From assembly GCF_006345805.1 (NCBI RefSeq), contig NC_043007.1, positions 24,366,001 to 24,430,000 on the forward strand: DNA of 64,000 bases, read 5' to 3'. Position numbers and translations under genes: made by a program. Source of the stretch: Octopus sinensis (taxonomy: Eukaryota). The notes under the pieces are model-generated. The model worked only from the letters and a program-made list of their open reading frames with translations, searched no databases and was not told where the DNA came from. This document shows positions 26,246 through 40,951 of this stretch, in pieces. The number at the start of each line of letters is the position of its first letter. The first letter of the stretch is position 1.

Positions 26246-27608
26246 ACATCAGTTAAAATAAGAACAGTAATAAACAAGTGAAGAACGAATATAAGGTGTG
26301 TGTGTTTATCTGGTTGAAAAAAAAAAATTATTTTTAAAAATGACCATCCAGAAATATAAATAATATTTGTTTCAACACATGGTTTCACATCAGGAATCTT
26401 GCAACACAAATTCATAGATGTAAAGACCACATTGTTTTTTTTTTAAACAACAAAACAAAAAAAAATAGTTGCGTAGGTGGGAGAAGGAAAGAACACTTAT
26501 ATGAATGCCACTGATTTTTAAACGGTTTTAGAATTTGATAGAACAAGATATAATAAAATACAAAAATAGCTTTATTAAGTTGCTTCCAAAAAAAATAAAT
26601 TTAGGCCAACAAAATAGAACAAAAAAAAATGTGATATTAAGATTGCTTAAAATGTAACAAATACTTTCTGTAAATGAAATTATATATATATATAGGTGCA
26701 GACCAGGCATGGCTAGGCGGTAAGAAGCTTGCTTCCAAAACACATGGTTCCAGTTTCAGTCCCTCTGCATGCCACTTTGGGTAAGTGTCTTATACTATAA
26801 CCTCAGGCTGACCAAACCTTGTAAGTGGATTTGGTAGGCAGAAACTGAAAGAAGCTCGTTGGTGAGAAAGTGTGACTCGTCAGGGCATTTTAAAGGTGAA
26901 CTTAATGAAGGCTAATTTATTAAAGGTAATATATAAATGTAGTATATATATATGTATATAAATATATGAATGAAATGTTTAATGTTTAAGAATGAAATGA
27001 AGAAAGTGCAATAATAATGTTCACACTCACTGACAGAGTTCTTGTTTTTATAACTGTGGAAAAGTAGCCAGTTGTAAAATTAGCGGCATATATATATACA
27101 TATATATGATGGGCCTCTTTCAGTTTCCATCTACCAAATCCACTCACAAGGCTTTGGTCAGCCCAAGGCTATAGTAGAAGACACTTGCCCGAGGTGCTAC
27201 ACAGTAGGACTGAACCCAGAACCATGTGGTTTGTAAGCAAGCTACTTACCACACAGCCACTCCTACGCCTATATATATGTGTGTGTGTGTGTATATATAT
27301 ATATGTATATATATCTGTATGTGTGTGTGTATACATATATATCATCGTTCATCGTTTAACATCTGCTTTCCATGCTAGCATGGGTTGGATGGTTCAACCG
27401 GGGACTGGGAAGCCAGAAGGCTGCACCAGGCCCAGTCTGATCTGGCAGTGTTTCTACAATATATATACATAATATGCAATATATACATGAGAAGCTTCTT
27501 TCAGTTTCTGTGCACCAGATCCACTCACAGCAGAAACAGCTGTAAGCTAATGAAGTTCATTGCATAATTTCCACTTCCTTTGTCATTTCCTTCATTTCAT
27601 ACATATAC

Positions 27609-27642
<34 letters not shown>

Positions 27643-27845
27643 AGTATTTAAGTAGACAAATGAATTATCTTATTACAGATAATTCGAAAGATAACCGATA
27701 CCTGGGTAGCAAACTCACAGCAGGACTGCATAATGGACTCCTTATTCATTCGGAATTAGGGATTTTGCTGACTTCGAAACATATGTCAAAAATAAAATAA
27801 AGGAATTTTGTTAAATTCGTTCAGCTCCATTCTTTCCTATACTTA

Positions 27846-27880
<35 letters not shown>

Positions 27881-27918
27881 GTATGTATATATATATATAT
27901 AGCTATATACATACATAC

Positions 27919-27978
<60 letters not shown>

Positions 27979-28540
27979 TTTGTTGTCTATCACCATCTTT
28001 ACTAATATCACCAACCTCACCTTTTCACTCCATGTAATTCCCCACTCTCTCTTCATGTTATACCGTTGTGCTATACATTGTTATTACTAGTTACTATTAT
28101 CTGTTTATTAACATGTCTTTATTGTTATTATCGATCTCCCTCTTTTATTCTGTGCGGATATCTTCTCCCACTGTTTTCCTTTTTCCTATTTTTATATTTT
28201 TTCTTTGTACTGTCCTCAATGACTTGGCCCCTTGTGGCCAATCGGAAAAAAAAAAAATCGTTATTATTATATTATTATTTAGTCGCCTAGTTACAGAGAC
28301 AGTTTACAATACAACAATCCTTTATGAAGATTCCATCAAAAGATTTCGGTAATTAGCTATCTGTAAGTCATGAATAAATAAAGAGGTATTTATCAGGGAT
28401 GTAATCCTTACAAAGGAAGGGAAGAAAGGACAAACAAGAACCAAATAATAATAATAATAATAATAATGGTAATATAATAATAATATATAATTAATAATAA
28501 TAATAATAATAAAAATAATATAATGATAATAATGATAATA

Positions 28541-28588
<48 letters not shown>

Positions 28589-28610
28589 GTAATATAATAA
28601 TAATGATATA

Positions 28611-28646
<36 letters not shown>

Positions 28647-28676
28647 TAATAATAATAAAAATAATAATAATAATAA

Positions 28677-29230
28677 ATGCCCTGATGCAGTACCAGGCAG
28701 TGGCTCTCATGGCTTTTGATCTTAACTGATTGGAAGTGTTATCATGTACATTGTTTTGTCTTGGTATATAAAAGATGGGCTACAGCAAATATTCTGCTCA
28801 ATACCACAGATTTGCTTGTCGGTTGTTTGACCTTAACCAGTTGAGCATGTCCCTTAGTGGCTGACGAAATGTGCATCTCTGTCACGAGCAGAAGTAGTGG
28901 GGGAGCATCATAGCCATGTGTTGAGAGGGATTCTTTGGGGTTTGAATAGTTCACCTCTGGAAACATGGGTGGTTCTTTCAACATCCTTAAGCAACCTTAT
29001 TCAGGGACCGTGTGAGCGGGATGGGTACTCAACCTGAAGAAAATTCTAACTGGGCCCCACCTGCAAGGTCATGTGCTGTTTATCTTGATATGAGATCACC
29101 ATGTCGCGCACATATGGTTGTGATGCATGTGCCTGGTACCTTTATCAGACGGGTAGTCATGATGGGTATATTGGGCTTCGTATATTTTACCCCAGTGTCA
29201 CTTTGATGGCAGGAACTGCTCTCTCACTCA
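28677..29230 (+). mobile_element. Unclassified ~550-bp non-coding retroelement-like insert embedded in (AAT)n
   Basis: Complex sequence with no credible ORF, bracketed by long (AAT)n arrays (28443-28676 and 29231-29695). Confidence 0.5.
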
Positions 29231-29329
29231 ATAATAATAATAATAATATAATAATATAATAATGATAATAATGGTAATAATGATAATAATAATAAAATAA
29301 TAATATAAGTAATAATAATAATAATGATA

Positions 29330-29368
<39 letters not shown>

Positions 29369-29577
29369 TATAATAATAATAGTAATAATAATAATATGAT
29401 AATAATGAAATAATAATCATAAAATAATATAATAATAATAGTAATAATAATAATAATGATAATAATGGTAATAATGATAATAATAATAATAATAATAGTA
29501 ATAATAATAATAATGATAATAATGGTAATAAGATAATAATAATAATAATAATGAATAATAATATAATAATAATAATA

Positions 29578-29625
<48 letters not shown>

Positions 29626-29648
29626 ATAATAAAATAGTAATAATAATA

Positions 29649-29691
<43 letters not shown>

Positions 29692-30915
29692 TATATTCCA
29701 GACACAACAGAATAATAATAATTTCTTTTATTTTATATTTTAATGACAATGATGGTGATGATGATCATGAGGATGATGATGATGATGATAGTGATGATGA
29801 TTTCCGTTATCACTACAAATATCTACAGGTATGCATTCAAAAATCTTACAACCACACTACCGTGTGGTTTCGAGATTAATCCCAGTGAGCAGCACATTGG
29901 ACAAATGTCTTCTTTTTCCGTAGATTCAGGTTCGTCAAAAACTCAAAAAGTGGAATTTTTGGTAGATGGAAACTGTGCAGAAGACCAGCATATAAATGAT
30001 GATGATGATGATGATGATAAGGAAGAAGAGGAGGAGGTGCAAGGGGAGGAGCAGCAGCAGGAGGAGGAGGATGAGGAAGAGCAGCAGCAGGAGGAGGGAG
30101 AAGAGGAGCAGCAGGTGGATGAGGAGGAAGAGGAAGAGGAGCAGGAGGAAGAGAAACAGGTGGAAGAGGAGCAGGAGGAAGCGGAGGAGGAGGAAGAAGA
30201 AGGAAGAGGAGTAGGAGGAGGAAGTGGAGGAGGAGGAGGGAGAGGAGGAGCAGGAGCAGGAAGAGGAGGTTGAAAAAGAGGATAACAATGCGAGGAACTC
30301 AAATGTAGATATATATATGCTTCTTAAACCTCCATTGCTAACACCATTTAAACATTTTTTTAAGCATTCATTTTCGACTGCCTCTGAAATGTTTTTGTGT
30401 CTTGAACACAGCATGTCCATAAGAGTGAAATTATCTCTGAATGAATACTGTAGGAAATTTGTCTTTCCATGATGTATTGCATCAAAGCTGGCTACATATA
30501 CATATATATGTATGTATGTGTGTGTATATATATATATATATTATGTATGTATGTGTGTGTATGTATATATATATATGTATGTATATATATGCATGTATAT
30601 TAATGTATATATTTTTCTGTTTTGTTTATTTCCGTAAACCTGCCTTCGTCTTTTGTCTATTTTCATAAAGCTTCCCGTTATACAGACGTATATATATATA
30701 TACACATATATATATATAGATACATATATATACACACATATACATAAAATACACACATATACATAAATACATAATGTGTATACATGTACATATATACATG
30801 TATGTATATGCATATATATATACATACATATATGTATATACATATATATACATACATATACATACACGAATATACATATATACACATATATACATAAATA
30901 TAAATAAATAAATAA

Positions 30916-30998
<83 letters not shown>

Positions 30999-31376
30999 GG
31001 GGGAGAGTAGTAATTGTATGATAAAAGAGTCATGTGATATCTCAAGGAGTATTTGTCTAATATTTTGTATGTTTTCTGTCAAACCCACACAACAGCTGAA
31101 AGTTGGGTACCGTTTTTTTCCCTTTAAAATTTTAACTCAAGATGATTGTATTGTATGTGTGAGAGGTGGAGTAGGAGTAAGAAAGATGGTGTTAATATGG
31201 AGACAGGTGTGTAGGAGGTAAAGTAGACAGTAAATAAACACAGGTGGCATGAAGGTACATATAAGCATGTGTGTGTGTGTGTGTGTGTGAAAATTGTAAA
31301 ATATATGTGTGTATGGTAGTTGCATGCATGTGTGAGAGGTGTCTTTATGTGTGTGTTTGTGTATGTGTGTGTGTGT

Positions 31377-31412
<36 letters not shown>

Positions 31413-31989
31413 GAAAGAGAGAGAGAGAAAAAGAGAGTAAGAGAGAGAGAAGAGAAAGAAGTGAGAGGGAGAGAGTAAGAGAGAGAGAGTAAGAGAGAGA
31501 GAAGTGAAAGAGAGAGAAGAAAGAGAAGTGTGAAAGAGAGAGAGAGAGCGAATGAGAGAGAGAAACAGAGGAAGAAAGAGAGAGAGGGAGGGAGAGGGGG
31601 TGCGAGAGAGAGAGAGACAGGTGTAGAATGTAATCTTCCAATTAAGTTATATACACATCAACCTGTTGACTGCAGAACTTGGTGGACAGACAGAATCATT
31701 TTTACTCTCCGAGGCACAAGTCTGGGCAAGGCTGTTTATGGAAGACCAGCAGTTGCTCATGCATACCAGCCTCCCTTCTTCATGTTGCCGATGTTATCCA
31801 AGGGAAAGGCAAAGGGGCCGATACAGCTTGGCACCAGAGATGTGACAACTCATTTCTACAGCTGAGTGAACTGGAGCAACGTGAAAGTAAAGTGTCTTAC
31901 TCAAGAACACAACACACAGCCCGGTCCAGGAATTGAACTCACTACTTCATGATTGTGAGCCCGATGCTCTAACCGCTGTGCCATGTGCC

Positions 31990-32097
31990 TTCACTGTCAT
32001 TGTATAGGTCTTCCTTTACACTGTCATTGTATAGCTCTTCCTTTACACTGTCATTGTATAGCTCTTCCTTTACACTGTCATTGTATAGCTCTTCCTT
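31990..32097. repeat. 27-bp minisatellite x4
   Basis: tacactgtcattgtatagctcttcctt units at 31990, 32017, 32044 and 32071. Confidence 0.9.
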
Positions 32098-33162
32098 TGC
32101 ACGGTCTCACACAAGTACCTTAGAACTACCAAGTAAAATTTTTTGTCAATCATCTGGCCCCATAAAACATGCTCATAATGAACGATGCCCTTCCAGCCAA
32201 GAAAAGGGGAAAAAATGATTTTTTCTTTTTTATTACCCATAAGGGGCTATACACAGAATGGGACAATACAAACAAGACAAACATAAACTCGGGGAACTTA
32301 AAATACAAAAAGATGAATTAAAATGAAAAAATTAAAGAAAGTGAATGAAAATATGAAAAGAGATAAATGAGGCCCAATGCCCACTCGACCCCTGAAGTCG
32401 AGTGGATACATTTCGACAATTTTGACAATTTTGACAATTTTTCATAAATGAATTTCACAAAAATTACAATTGAAATTTTCTTTTTAGTCTCTCATAGTCC
32501 ATTATGGTAGGTGGGCTTTCATGTAGCCGACACCATTTCACCAGTTTTATGTTCTTTGCGAAGCCCTCCATGAATTTGTTGAAACTCTCCCCAGGTACCA
32601 AAATACCGCCGTCATTTGAGTCAAAAGGGAAAAAAATGAGCCAACATCATTTTTACATTTGCACAAATCTCTTAAGCTTTTTTTTTGGCTGTGGTGATGA
32701 TAATCCAAATCCCTGCGATGACAACTGCTTTTTTAGTGATGACATACTACACGCAAGTGTGGCTGTGTGGTAAGAAGTTTACTTCTGAATCGCATGGTTC
32801 TTGGTTCAGTCTCACAGCATGGCACCTTGGGCAGGTGTCCATTGCTATAGTAACAGGCTGACCAAAGCCTCGTGAGTGAATTTGGTAGATGTAGACTGAA
32901 AAAAATCCATCAAGTGTGTGTACATGTGTGTGTGTCCATGTGTATGTGAGTTGTGTGTATACACACACACACATTTATATATATATATATATGTGATATC
33001 CATACATACACATACATATATATAAATCTAAGACCACTGCAAAATTGGTGTTGTTTAACCCTAGGTTCAACTCGATCCAGCAAGCAAATGATCAAAAGCC
33101 TTCCAGCTATAATCATCTCATTGTATCTAGGTAATAGTGCAATATATAGAGTATTTATTGAG

Positions 33163-33201
<39 letters not shown>

Positions 33202-33215
33202 GTATGTATGTAATG

Positions 33216-33264
<49 letters not shown>

Positions 33265-33291
33265 ATATACACATATATATATATATGTATG

Positions 33292-33329
<38 letters not shown>

Positions 33330-33358
33330 TATAATATACTATATATATATATATAGAT

Positions 33359-33413
<55 letters not shown>

Positions 33414-33776
33414 TATATATGTATGTATGTGTATATATATATATACATATATATATAGTCAGTGGTCAATGTGCTTGTTTAACCACCACCACCGCTTCAA
33501 GAGGGAGATTTAGACAAGTGACCTGCATCTGTGAGGTTTGTTTTTAAGACTGTTGTACATTAATAGAATCATCATCATCATCATCATCATCATCACCACC
33601 ATCTCCACTACCACCTTTCTGCTATCACCATTTCCACCACTACCACTGCTAACAACCATCATCATCATCATCATCATCAATACAGTCATCACCATCGTCG
33701 CCTCCCTTATTATCATCATTATGGTGGCAGTGATGAAAAATCATAATAGTGATTGATGGTGAATGGTGGTAGAGGG

Positions 33777-33812
<36 letters not shown>

Positions 33813-33926
33813 CGGAGGTAGTGATGATAGTGATGGCGGTGGTGGTGGTCACGGTTGGTAGTGGTGGTGATGATGACATATAGAGGTGGTGACCAAATAG
33901 AGGTGGTGACGGTGGTGATGGTGGAA

Positions 33927-34668
33927 AATGGTTGAGATGGTGGTGATGGTTGAGATGGTGGTAATGGTTGAGATGGTGGTAATGGTTGAGATGGTGGTAA
34001 TGGTGGTGATGGACGAGATGGTGGTGATGGTCAAGATGGTGGAAATGGTGGTGATGGTCGAGATGGTAGCAATGGTTGTGATGGTGGTGATGGTCGAGAT
34101 GGTGGTGATGGTCGAGATGGTGGTGATGGTTGAGATGGTGGTGATGGTCGACATGGCGGTGATGGTGATGGTGGTGATGGTGGTGATGGTTGAGATGGTT
34201 GAGATGGTGGTGATGCTCGAGATGGTGGTAATGGTGATGGTGGTGATGGTTGAGATGGTTGAGATGGTGGTGATGGTTGAGATGGTGGTAATGGTGATGG
34301 TGGTGATGGTTGAGATGGTAGCAATGGTTGTGATGGTGGTGATGGTTGAGATGGTGGTGATGCTCGAGATGGTGGTGATGGTGGTGATGGTTGAGATGGT
34401 GGTGATGCTCGAGATGGTGGTGATGGTGGTGATGGTTGAGATGGTGAGATGGTGTGATGTGAGATGGTGGTAATGGTGATGGTGGTGATGGTTGAGATGG
34501 TTGAGGGTGGTGATGGTTGAGATGGTGGTAAGGTGATGGTGGTGATGGTGAGATGGTAGCAATGGTTGTGATGGTGGTGATGGTTGAGATGGTGGTGATG
34601 CTCGAGATGGTGGTGATGGTGGTGATGGTTGAGATGGTGGTGATGGTCGAGATGGTGGTGATGGTGGT
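33927..34668. repeat. 9-bp-unit minisatellite (ATGGTGGTG / ATGGTTGAG)
   Basis: Direct reading. Explains the MVEMVV and TISTIT pseudo-ORFs. Confidence 0.9.
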
Positions 34669-35376
34669 GACAATGATAATAACGGCGTTAGATATACAAT
34701 AAATTATTTAGAATCAGGAATCTATTCCAACCTCCCACTCTCTATTTTTATATCTGAGGAAAAATATAGCTTTTGTGTGTTGTTACAACCTGGCCTCATT
34801 CAACATGGCCTGCAGTTAGGTAAGGTAGGAGTTAGATTGATAAATAGATAGGTAGGCAGACAGGAGATAGGTAGGTGGTTAAATGGAAATACAGATAGAT
34901 AGAGGGAAAGAAATAGAGAGATAGCAGTCTTGTTCTGAAGTGAAATGGGAATGGTAAACACTAAAATAGCAGCTGAACAATATAGCAGGAAATAGTGAAT
35001 GTGTGTGTGTGTGTGTGTGCATGCATGTATATGTGTGTGTGAGTGTGTGTGTGTGTACATGTGTGTGAGTGTGTGTGTGTGTGCGTGTGTGTGTGTGCGT
35101 GTGTGTGTGTGTGTGTGCGCGTGAGTGTGTGTGTGTGTGTGCGTGCGTGTGTGTGTGTGTGTATGTGTGAGTGTGTGTGTATGTGTGTGTGTGCGCACAT
35201 GTAAATACACACACACTAATATCCACTCATCTCTTTGTCTTTGATTGATGTGACCATTACTTCTGGTTAAAGAAGATCATACATAGATACACACACACAC
35301 ACAAAAAAACAGATTACAGGTGTTTACATGGACAAAAGCAGCGCATATAGTATACTTTTAAATATATATATATAAA

Positions 35377-35416
<40 letters not shown>

Positions 35417-35818
35417 TTATATATATTATATATAGATGTTAGATATATATACACACATATTCATATATATTCATATATATATTATATATATATATATTAT
35501 ATATATATATATATGATAGATCGTTAGCCACTATACAAATTTTTTTCTCTCCTTGTTTTTTCTGTACCTTGCTGTAGAAGAGTGTAGGCTTGAAATGTAA
35601 AAGACTTTTTCTATTACTGAGCGTTATACTAATATATCTGTTTGTTTTGTACACCACCTGTCTTCGTCTTGTTTTTTCGTAAACTCTCCCTATATATATA
35701 TATATATAATCTATATATATATAGATATATATATTGGTATAGATATAGATAGATAGATAGATAGATAGATAAAATAGACAGGTTCATAGATAGATAAATA
35801 AATAGACAGACAGACAGT

Positions 35819-35871
<53 letters not shown>

Positions 35872-35902
35872 GTATAGATAGATAGATAGGTAGGTAGGTA
35901 GG

Positions 35903-35941
<39 letters not shown>

Positions 35942-36004
35942 ATAATATATCATACCAAGGTACAGTGAAAAGAGATAGAGTTATCTATGAATATAACACC
36001 AGAC

Positions 36005-37652
36005 TAAGAAAAATATGGCAGTCCGAAATCTACTCTTACAACAAGACACAATGCATTTGCAGTACCAGTGCTGATTCCAACATTTGGGATACTTGACTGG
36101 TCTGTAGAAGAAATCTGCTCCATAGACATTAAAATCTGCAAGATTCTAACATCAACTGGAAATCTCCACAAAAATAGTATTGACAGGCTCTACATAAGAA
36201 GAGATGTGGAGGTGCAATGGCTCAGTGGTTAGGGCAGCGGACTCGCGGTCCTAGGATCGCGGTTTCGATTCTCAGACCGGGCGTTGTGAGTGTTTATTGA
36301 GCGAAAACACCTAAAGCTCCACGAGGCTCCGGCAGGGATGGTGGTGATCCCTGCTGTACTCTTTCACCACAACTTTCTCTCACTCTTACTTCCTGTTTCT
36401 GTTGTACCTGTATTTCAAGGGGCCAGCCTTGTCACTCTCTGTGTCATGCTGAATATCCCCGAGAACTACGTTAAAGGTACACGTGTCTGTGGAGTGCTCA
36501 GCCACTTACACGTTAATTTCACGAGCAGGCTGTTCTGTTGATTCGGATCAACCGGAACCCTCATCGTCGTAACTGACGGAGTGCTTTCAATAAGAAGAGA
36601 TAAAGGAGGTAGAGGCTTGAGATCAGTTCAGACAGCCTTCGAATGTCACATAGTCTCTCTCAGACAACACTTGCTAAACATCATCATCATCATCATCATC
36701 ATTTAACATCCGCTTTCCATGCTAGCATGGGTTGGACGGTTTGACTGAGGTCTGGCGAACCAGGCTCCAATCTGATCTAGCAGAGTTTCTACAGCTGGAT
36801 GCCCTTCCTAATGCCAACCACTCCAAGAGTGTAGTGTGTGCTTTTACGTGCCACCGGCACGAGGGCCAGTTTGGTGGAACTGGCAAAAGCCATGCCCAAA
36901 TGGTGCTTTTTATGTGCCACTTGCACAGGAGCCAGTCCAGCGACACTGGCGACGACCTCACAAATGTTTCACGTGCCACCAGCACAAGTGCTAGTAAGGC
37001 TGAAAATTGAAGGAAACAATATCCTATGTGTTGGAAATGAGCTTTTCAGGAAGTACTCCCATTCAACCCCAAATCAGTCGGATAAGTATACCTCGAAGAA
37101 GACCTGGAAGTGAAACGCTCAGCATAGCCTCAAAAAGGACCATGCACAGGTATGTTTCTAGTAGAGTTAAAGTTGATAGCAACATTGACATGATTCAAAG
37201 CTTCCCTTGGACTCATGACCACATCACATGACACTTTGAAGGTTATGCATTTGCAATCCAAGAACAAGAGATTGCTACTAAATACCTAATCAACAAGAGA
37301 GACAGTGAAGGCTTTGAAGTTCTAAGATGCAACCATAAAGGTAGATTATGTCATATTTCAGTGGAAGACATCACACATGAGGTTAGCAGCTGTCCAAAAA
37401 TGTCATCAAGGTACTACCACCCTACGCAACATGATGTTGCAAAACAATATAAAATGCCGTTCAGAAAAAAGACTGTTCTGGAATAAATATAGAGAACCCC
37501 GCTGTTATTGAATATGTACATAAATACCAGCATAAGGAATATTAGAACATTCCCATCAAAACATCTGTCAAGTGTAAGCATAGGCCAGATATTTTTGTTT
37601 GGGACCAGACAAGGAAAGGTATGTGCTGTCATAGAGGTCAGTTGTCGTGCTG
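36005..37652 (+). pseudogene. Decayed RLE-type (R4/Dong-like) LINE ORF: post-RT region, CCHC knuckle and PD-(D/E)xK-type endonuclease
   Basis: Fragments NAFAVPVLIPTFGILDWS, IDRLYIRRDKGGRGL, FEGYAFAIQEQEIATKY, RLCHISVEDITHEVSSCP and HRPDIFVW..VIEVSC. Interrupted by SINE A and an RTE tail. Confidence 0.85.
36206..36589 (+). mobile_element. SINE family A (tail 1) inserted into an R4/Dong-like LINE ORF
   Basis: 12-bp TSD ataagaagagat at 36194-36205 and 36590-36601. The LINE reading frame continues across it. Confidence 0.92.
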
Positions 37653-37866
37653 ATACTCTCTTTTACTCTTTTACTTGTTTCAGTCATTTGACTGCGGCCA
37701 TGCTGGAGCACCGCCTTTAGTCGAGCAAATCGACCCCGAGACTTATTCTTTGTAAGCCCAGTACTTATTCTATCGGTCTCTTTTGCCGAACCGCTAAGTG
37801 ACAGGGACGTAAACACACCAGCATCGGTTGTCATGCAATGCTAGGGGGACAAACACAGACACACAA

Positions 37867-37927
<61 letters not shown>

Positions 37928-38101
37928 CATATATACGACAGGCTTCTTTCAGTTTCCATCTACTAAATCCACTCACAAGGCATTGGTCGGCCCGGGGCTA
38001 TAGCAGAAGACACTTATCTAAGGTGCCATGCAGTGGGACTGAACCCGGAACCATGTGGCTGGTTAGCAAGCTACTTACCACAAAGCTACTCCTGCGCCTA
38101 T
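37653..38101 (-). mobile_element. SINE family B (subfamily)
   Basis: Full-length match. Truncates the Dong-like ORF. Confidence 0.88.
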
Positions 38102-38156
38102 GTGAATATCTCTTTGAAAAACCAAAGAGAAAGAAGATAACTATGGACAACGATCA

Positions 38157-38432
38157 GTCTCTTTGCCGAACCGCTAAGTAACGGGGATGTAAACACACCA
38201 ACATCAGTTGTCAAGTGATGTTGGGGGGACAAACACAGATACACAAACACACACACACACACATACATATACACATATACGACAGGTTTCTTTCAGTTTC
38301 TGTCTACCAAATCCACTCATAAGGCTTTGGTTGGACCGAGGCTATAGTAGAAGACACTTGCCCAAGATGCCATGCAGTGGTACTGAACCAAGAACCATGT
38401 GGTTGGTAAGCAAGCTACTTACTCCTGTGCCT
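38157..38432 (-). mobile_element. SINE family B, 3'-truncated
   Basis: Head plus part of tail. Confidence 0.82.
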
Positions 38433-38549
38433 ATATGGTAATCTTTTCTACACTAGCCACTGATATAATCATCTTAATGATTATACCCTCAATTTAAAAG
38501 TATACACACACACACAGACACACACACACACAGACACACACACACACAG

Positions 38550-38580
<31 letters not shown>

Positions 38581-39039
38581 CAGTAACTCAGAAGGGAACA
38601 AATAGATCTTGGCAAATTAACTTAGAAGCACCTCTGTCTATCTTTGGTTAAACAGATTGCTCCAAAACTAAGTATTCCAGGTAATTTAACTGCTTAGTAC
38701 AGCAGTCCACATAGAATTAAACAGCTGCTTACTGGTTTTGAGTATCCTGCAATTCCGTGTATGCATCAAAGGTATAATTGGTACATGTGTGTACAGTATA
38801 TCATTCTGCCAAAATATCTGGCAGAATTTCACCTAATGAAATGAAGTGGTTGCATAGCAACAAATTCATGTAATGTTATTAATTATGATGTTCATTACAT
38901 AATATATTTATTACATAATGGACATAATATTGGTAATAGACCACACTATCGATGCTTTGAATTATCCATTTATTTTTGTCTACTCTGTGTATGTGTTTGG
39001 GTGTGTATGTGTATGTGTTAGAGTGTGCATGCATATATA

Positions 39040-39447
39040 TACTCTTTTACTTGTTTCAGTCATTTGACTGCAGCCATGCTGGAGCACCGCCTTTAATCGA
39101 GCAACTTGACCCCAGGACTTATTCTTTTTTGTAAGCCCAGTACTTATTCTATCGGTCTCTTTTGCCGAACCGCTAAGTGACGGGGACGTAAACACACCAG
39201 CATCGGTTTCAAGCAATGCTAGGGGGACAAACATAGACACACAAACATATACACACACACTTATATATATATACATACATGTGACAGGCTTCTTTCAGTT
39301 TCTGTCTACCAAATCCACTCACAAGGCATTGGTCGGCCCAGGGCTATAGCAGAAGACACTTGCCCAAGATGCCACGCAGTGGGACTGAACCCGGAACCAT
39401 ATGGCTGGTTAGCAAGCTACTTACCACACAGCCACTCCTGCGCCTAT
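39040..39447 (-). mobile_element. SINE family B (subfamily)
   Basis: Full-length match with diagnostic variants. Confidence 0.88.
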
Positions 39448-39464
39448 ATATATATATATATATA

Positions 39465-39789
39465 TATATTCTTTTAATTGTTTCAGTCATTTATTTGACT
39501 GCAGCCATGCTGGAGCACCACCTTTAGTTGAGCAAATCGACCTCAGCGCTTATTCTTTGTAAGCTTAGTACTTATTCTACTAGTCTCTTTTGCCGAACTG
39601 CTAAGTTACAGGGATGTAAACACACCAGTATCAACTGTCAAGACAGGTAGTGGAGAAAACAAGCATGTATTAGTATAACGCTCAGGAATTGAAAAAGTCT
39701 TTTATGTTTCAAGCCTACACTCTTCTACAGAAAGGAACGCAGAAAGAAACATGGAGAGAAACAAGGAGAGAAAAAAATGTGTGTAGTGG

Positions 39790-39848
<59 letters not shown>

Positions 39849-40005
39849 CAATGGGCTTCTTTCAGTTTCTGTCTACCAAATCCACTCACAAGGCTTTGGT
39901 TGGCCCAAGGCTATAGTAGAAGACTCTTGCCCAAGGTGCCACACTGTGGGACTGAACCCGAAACCATGTGATTGGGAAGCAAGCTTCTTACTACACAGCC
40001 ACGCC
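39465..40005 (-). mobile_element. SINE family B split by a PLE-like fragment
   Basis: Tail 39465-39640, insert 39655-39790, head to about 40005. Confidence 0.78.
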
Positions 40006-40348
40006 TATATACACACAAACACACACACACACATTAATCTATGTATATATGTGTGTGTGAGTGTGTGTATGTTTGTACTTCCTTGATTTAACATAGTTTA
40101 AATCAGTATCACAGTTATTCAAGCGGTGTCATTCATTTTCAATATCCTGCAAAAACATGCATGGCCAAGAGAAATATTACCTTACTTGGAAACAGGTGAA
40201 AGTTGGCAACAGGAAGAGCATCCGACTGTAGAAAGTCTGTCTCAATAATCTCTGTCCAACCCATGTCAGCATGGAAGAGTAGATTTTAAAAAATGACATT
40301 GAAGATGATACACCCATTTACGTTTGAAGTTCAAATCCCACTAGAGGT

Positions 40349-40646
40349 AGTGGAGGCACATGGCCTAGTGGTTAGAGCAGCAGACTCGCAGTCGAGGGAT
40401 TGCGGGTTCGAATCTCAGACCGGGCGATGTGTGTGTTTATGAGCGAAACATCTAAGCTCCACGTGGCTCCAGCAGAATGTAATGGCGAACTTCTGCTGAC
40501 TCTTTCGCCACAACTTTCTCTCACTCTTTCCTCCTGTATCTTGCAGCTTACCTGCGATGGCCCAGTGTCCCGTCTAGGTGGGGAACCTATACGCCAAGGA
40601 AACTAGGAAACTGGCCCTTATGAGCCAGGCTTGGCTTGAGAAGGAT
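40349..40646 (+). mobile_element. SINE family A with alternative tail (type 2)
   Basis: Same tRNA-like head and CACAACTTTCTCTCACTCTT core but a different 3' half. TSD cactagaggt. Confidence 0.85.
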
Positions 40647-40951
40647 CACTAGAGGTCAACTTCACTTTCAAAGCTCTGGGGAGGGGAGGGGCAAAACAAA
40701 ATCTTCTAGTCAATAATTGAGACAAGAGGTGGGTAGAGACCAAGAATTAGTCAATATAATTAACTCTTCTTCTTCACCCATCCGCATCATCTTGTGTTTT
40801 GTTTTTTGGTGGTGGTGGTGGGGGGGGGGTTAGGGGAGGGGGTGTTTTCTGCCAAAGCTAGAAATTCTATTTTTTCATGGCTTTTATCTTGGATTTGTGT
40901 TATTATTGTGTATTTTCATGTTTCTTTGTTTTCATGCTTGGATTTTTTTTT

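Noticed and set aside
26860-26890. Minus-strand CCCTGACGAGTCAC hammerhead-like start
   Set aside because: Helix II does not close and the GAAA part is replaced by a SINE.
27762-27795. CTGA...GAAACATATGTC with palindromic helix III and GUC
   Set aside because: Core incomplete and no helix II. At most a deleted remnant.
29743-30273. 176-aa acidic poly-E/D/G ORF
   Set aside because: Built from (GAT)n, an old SINE head and (GAG/GAA)n. No complex domain or splice signals.
33849-34673. Long Thr/Ile- or Met/Val-rich ORFs on both strands
   Set aside because: A stop-free 9-bp minisatellite explains them.
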